Both the position numbers and the translations under genes were made by a program. Under the pieces are notes generated by a model. The model was not told the DNA's origin and did not search any database. It worked only from the letters and a program-made list of their open reading frames with translations. Of a DNA stretch of 64,000 nt, positions 60,493 through 64,000 are shown in pieces. The DNA lies in assembly GCA_963841435.1 (NCBI GenBank), contig CAWJCS010000004.1, positions 704,001 through 768,000 of the forward strand. Direction: 5' to 3'. The stretch comes from an uncultured delta proteobacterium (GTDB taxonomy: Bacteria > Myxococcota_A > Polyangia > Polyangiales > Polyangiaceae). Each line of letters opens with the position of its first letter. The first letter of the stretch is position 1.

Positions 60493-61821
60493 TCAGGCTG
60501 CTGACACGCGCGTGCTCGGTCGCGGCGCGATCGACGTGGGCGGGGTCTCGCGGTGGATCTCGACCTTCGACACGTGCCGTTGGTCGGCCTCGAGCACGAT
60601 GAACTCGAGGCCGAAGGCCGAGAGCGTGGCGCCCACCTCGGGCACGCGCCCGTGCTGGGCGGCCAAGAACCCGCCGAGCGAGTGGTAGTCGCCGTCGCTC
60701 GGCAGGTTCGTGCCGAGGTAGCGGCTCAGATCGTTGAGCGCGAGGCTCGCGTCCACGACCAGGCGCCCATCCCCGAGGTCGGCGATGGGCGCCTCCTCGA
60801 CGTCGTGCTCGTCGCGGATGTCGCCGACAATCTGCTCGAGCAGGTCCTCGAGCGTGACGATGCCGCTGAACCCGCCGAACTCGTCGATGACGATGGCGAG
60901 GTGGTGCCGGCCGGCGCGCATGTCTCGCAGCACGCTCGCCGCCGACTGGCTCTCGGGTACGAATGCCGCGGGCCGAAGGATCGACTCCAGGGTCTTGGAG
61001 GCCGCCTCCCCCCGGGCGACGACGCGCAGCAGGTCCTTGGCGTGCAGCACTCCGACGATGTTGTCGATGGTCTCGCGGTGCACCGGGTAACGCGAATGGG
61101 CGTCCTCGGCCACTTGCTTTAGCACCTCGGCGATCGGCGTTTCGACCTCGAGCGAGGTCGTGCGGGTGCGCGACACCATGACGTCCCCCGCGGTCACGTC
61201 GCCGAACTCGAGCACGTTGCGGATGATTTCCGACTGTTCGTGGTCGAGGGCCCCCGTCATCTCGCCTTCGGTGACGATGAGCTCCACCTCGTTCTCGGTG
61301 ACGGCGGGTGGCGGCTCGGTCTGCATCCGGGCAAGCCCACGGGTGACGCGCTGTCCGAGCCAGACCGGTACGAACGCGACCGGCGCGACGAGCATCTCGA
61401 CGGGCCTTAGCAGCTGCAGCAAAAGGGGCGCGGCACGCTCCGGTGCCCGGCTCGCAGCCGCCTTCACGATCTCTGCGGGAGCGGAGTAGGCAAGGACCGC
61501 GGCGAACGCCGCGAGCGCCGGACCGTAGGCCCCGAGCTCGGCGGGCAGCAGGCGCGCGACGAGCACGGCGGTCAGCGCGATGCCGATGGCGCGCACGACG
61601 AGCCAGCGCGCCTCGATCGTCGAACCGCGGTCGACGTACCGCTCGAGAGCGCGTCGCGCACCGCCGGTCAGCGAATCCCTGAGCGCAAGGCGCCGGGTGC
61701 CGGGCAAAAGGGCGAGCGCCCAGCTTGCTGCGCCGAACATGGCCGCCATGACAGCGGGTAGAAACGCTAGAACCAGACCGAGGGCAGTGATGACCTCGCT
61801 CGTTTTTGGGACAGACTCCAC
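60493..61821 (-). CDS. Hemolysin/CNNM-CBS-CorC family protein
   Basis: N-terminal TMs, HSRYPV, DEFGG.SGIVTLED, CorC-like tail; start uncertain. Confidence 0.88.
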   Translation of the reverse strand: MESVPKTSEVITALGLVLAFLPAVMAAMFGAASWALALLPGTRRLALRDSLTGGARRALERYVDRGSTIEARWLVVRAIGIALTAVLVARLLPAELGAYGPALAAFAAVLAYSAPAEIVKAAASRAPERAAPLLLQLLRPVEMLVAPVAFVPVWLGQRVTRGLARMQTEPPPAVTENEVELIVTEGEMTGALDHEQSEIIRNVLEFGDVTAGDVMVSRTRTTSLEVETPIAEVLKQVAEDAHSRYPVHRETIDNIVGVLHAKDLLRVVARGEAASKTLESILRPAAFVPESQSAASVLRDMRAGRHHLAIVIDEFGGFSGIVTLEDLLEQIVGDIRDEHDVEEAPIADLGDGRLVVDASLALNDLSRYLGTNLPSDGDYHSLGGFLAAQHGRVPEVGATLSAFGLEFIVLEADQRHVSKVEIHRETPPTSIAPRPSTRVSAA

Positions 61822-61929
61822 GTGGGCCTCGGCCGCCCGTGTGCCGTCGGGCGGACCTCCTTCGTCGGAGAGGGTATCGAACGCTTGGACCCCCACGCAA
61901 CCCGGCCGCCCGGCGTCCGATCCTCGTCC

Positions 61930-62556
61930 ATGGTCACTCCTATCGGAAACCGCGCTCGCTCCGGTCCGGACGAGGCCGGTGCCGGGGGCCAGAATGGAAG
62001 TGTTATTAGCAGGTTGAGGACTGAGTTCCGGCATCTCCTTCGCTCGGCTGTTGGGCCGGCAGAGCGCGATTTCGGGCAACCTGGCTGGAATCCACTTTCA
62101 GTGCTTTCAGCAGCAACGGATCAAAATCGGGGCTCCGCCGCAGCTTGGGAGAGTGAGCAGGGGTCGCCCGCCGCCACGGACGACGCCCTGCCGCCAGTCG
62201 TCGATCCGCTGGCCGTCGGTCTCGCCCCGCTCGGTGACGTCACGTCTGGCGGCGCGCCTGCGGCGTGCGGTGACGAGCGAGGTGCGGCAATCGGGCCGCG
62301 CGGAGTGCTCGACGCGGCGCTCGTTGCGGAGGTCGTGCAGCGGGTCTCGTGGGGTGGCGACCGCCGACGCGGGGTGGCCCGCCTCGAGCTCGGCGGCGAA
62401 CTCTCGGGAGTGGTGGTCGTCGTCGAGGGTGAGGGAAGGGACATCGGCCTCGGCATCAGCGCGCCGCCGGGCCGCAATTTCGACGGGCTCCGCGAGCGGC
62501 TGGAAGCGAGGCTCGTGGCGCGGGGGCTTTCGGTCCGCGAGCTCTCGGTCGGTTGA
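61930..62556 (+). CDS. Hypothetical protein with FliK/YscP-like C-terminal domain
   Basis: Low-complexity N-terminus, then ARLELGGELSG..V.V...LRERLEARL..RGL.V; start uncertain. Confidence 0.45.
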   Translation: MVTPIGNRARSGPDEAGAGGQNGSVISRLRTEFRHLLRSAVGPAERDFGQPGWNPLSVLSAATDQNRGSAAAWESEQGSPAATDDALPPVVDPLAVGLAPLGDVTSGGAPAACGDERGAAIGPRGVLDAALVAEVVQRVSWGGDRRRGVARLELGGELSGVVVVVEGEGRDIGLGISAPPGRNFDGLRERLEARLVARGLSVRELSVG

Positions 62557-62570
62557 GACTCTGGGCGCGC

Positions 62571-63446
62571 TCAGCGGAAGCCGCGCAGCACGCGGAACGC
62601 GTCGCCTTGCCGCGCGCCGACGGCGACGAGCGCGTCCGGCGGTAGGATCCAGGCGCTCGGCTCGTCCGGGGGAACGTGACCGACGACGAAATGCTCCGGA
62701 AGGAGCGGCTTTCCCTGGCGCGCGCGTTGCGCCCCCTCCTCGCTCAGCTCCGCGGTCGGCAGGCAGCGCCGGGCGACGGTGGTGAGCGGCAGGAGCGGCC
62801 AGGGCGCCGTGAGCGGCAGGGCGGTTGCTTCCGCAAGCTCGAATGCACCGCTGCGCGTGCGCCGCAGGCACGATAAGTGCGCGGGCAAGTCGAGCCGCTC
62901 GCCGAGATCGCGAGCGAGCGCTCGCACGTAGTAGCCTTTGCTCGCCGTGACCGTGACCTCGATGCGCTCGGCCCCGAGGGACGCGAGCTCGAGCGACGCG
63001 ACGTGCACCGGGCGCGCCGCCAGCTCGGGGGCGGCGCCGCGCCGTGCCAGCCGATAGGAGCGCTGGCCATCGACCTTGATGGCGCTCACCACGGGGGGAA
63101 TCTGTTCGGTGCGACGGCGCTCGGCGTCGAGCGCTGCTTCGACGCGCGCTCGGTCGAGCCCGCCGTCGGGGAGGGGTCGCTCGGCGAGCACCGTGCCCTC
63201 GGCATCGAGCGTGTCGGTCGCGCGACCGAAGCACACCTCTGCCAAATACGACTTGGTTTCGAGCGCGAGGTAACCCGCAAGCTTGGTCGCCTCGCCGACG
63301 AGGACGAGCAACACGCCGGTCGCCATGGGGTCGAGCGTGCCGGCGTGGCCGACGCTCTTCGTGCCCAGGGCGCGCCGCACGCCGGCGACAACGTCGTGGC
63401 TGGTCATGCCCCCGGGTTTGTCGACGACGAGTAACCCGCTCGTCAC
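62571..63446 (-). CDS. truB: tRNA pseudouridine(55) synthase
   Basis: DKP.GMTSHDVV, GHAGTLDPMATGVL, SAIK..G, SKGYYVR.LARD. Confidence 0.95.
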   Translation of the reverse strand: MTSGLLVVDKPGGMTSHDVVAGVRRALGTKSVGHAGTLDPMATGVLLVLVGEATKLAGYLALETKSYLAEVCFGRATDTLDAEGTVLAERPLPDGGLDRARVEAALDAERRRTEQIPPVVSAIKVDGQRSYRLARRGAAPELAARPVHVASLELASLGAERIEVTVTASKGYYVRALARDLGERLDLPAHLSCLRRTRSGAFELAEATALPLTAPWPLLPLTTVARRCLPTAELSEEGAQRARQGKPLLPEHFVVGHVPPDEPSAWILPPDALVAVGARQGDAFRVLRGFR

Positions 63447-64000
63447 CCGAACCAGACGCTCCGCCGCTCGCGGACGCCGCTGTCGAGCATGCTCTGGATC
63501 GTCCCGCGCACCCGATCCGACAGGCTCCCGACGAGCACGTGATCCTCGGCTGCCTCGGGCCCATAGTGCTCGAGCGACACCGGCTCGCCGAACGTGAGGC
63601 GCCAGCGGCTCGGCGCGGGCAAGAGGCCGAGCGGGCCGAGCAAGGGAAACGTCGGCGTCACGGGGATGTACGGCAGGCCGACGAGGTTCGCGAGGTATTC
63701 GACGCGGTAAAGAAGCGGGTTCGTCTCCTCCGCCCCGACGATGGCACAGGGAACGATCGGCGCGCGCATGCGAAGCGCCAGACGGATGTACCCACCGCGG
63801 CCGAAGCGCTGGAGCCGATAGCGCTCGCGGTAGAGCTTCTTGATCCCCTGCACGCCCTCCGGGAAAACGGCGACCGTGTGCTCTTTGCCGAGCAGCCGCT
63901 CCGCGTTTTCCTGGCAGGCTCGCACCGCCCCGACGCGGTTCATGAACACGCCGGCGAACGGCAGATAGAACAAAAAATCCTCCGCGAGCCAGCGCAGGTC
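63443..64000 (-). CDS. Lysophospholipid/PlsC-like acyltransferase, 5' end outside window
   Basis: VFPEG, FGRGG, PIVP.AIVGAEE, FGEP; frame open to the window edge. Confidence 0.85.
   Translation of the reverse strand, partial: DLRWLAEDFLFYLPFAGVFMNRVGAVRACQENAERLLGKEHTVAVFPEGVQGIKKLYRERYRLQRFGRGGYIRLALRMRAPIVPCAIVGAEETNPLLYRVEYLANLVGLPYIPVTPTFPLLGPLGLLPAPSRWRLTFGEPVSLEHYGPEAAEDHVLVGSLSDRVRGTIQSMLDSGVRERRSVWFG

Noticed and set aside
1-64000. CRISPR arrays, tRNA/rRNA genes, transposases, and the many long Arg/Ala/Pro-rich ORFs
   Set aside because: No repeat-spacer arrays, RNA genes or transposase motifs were recognised by eye; the extra ORFs are off-frame or antisense products of high GC content.

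Overview
High-GC bacterial DNA. Gene content (Cys- and Gly-rich lipoproteins, a Kunitz-domain lipoprotein, sigma54-type promoters) suggests a myxobacterium, probably Polyangiaceae-like; this is inference. Core genes include rpmB, xerD, ileS, bcp, modABC, dinB, trpG-trpD-trpC and truB. Main points: (1) an ~11.3 kb cargo block lies between an intact rpmB and a 223-bp, 5'-truncated near-identical rpmB copy. It carries a type III PKS/methyltransferase/flavoprotein/UbiA operon, stress genes and gene remnants. (2) A sigma54-type promoter precedes a three-gene operon: a Gly-rich lipoprotein with nine V-x4-F motifs, a ferritin-like diiron protein and an AMMECR1-domain fusion. This is the best candidate here for an undescribed peptide-modification system. 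(3) Unusual fusions: TerB + phosphoglycosyl transferase, USP + ABC1 kinase, patatin + GNAT. (4) Many genes have a TAnnnT box 6-8 nt before the start codon, suggesting leaderless transcripts. (5) Four genes are split by single frameshifts that may be assembly errors. All product calls come from motif recognition by eye; no database searches were run.
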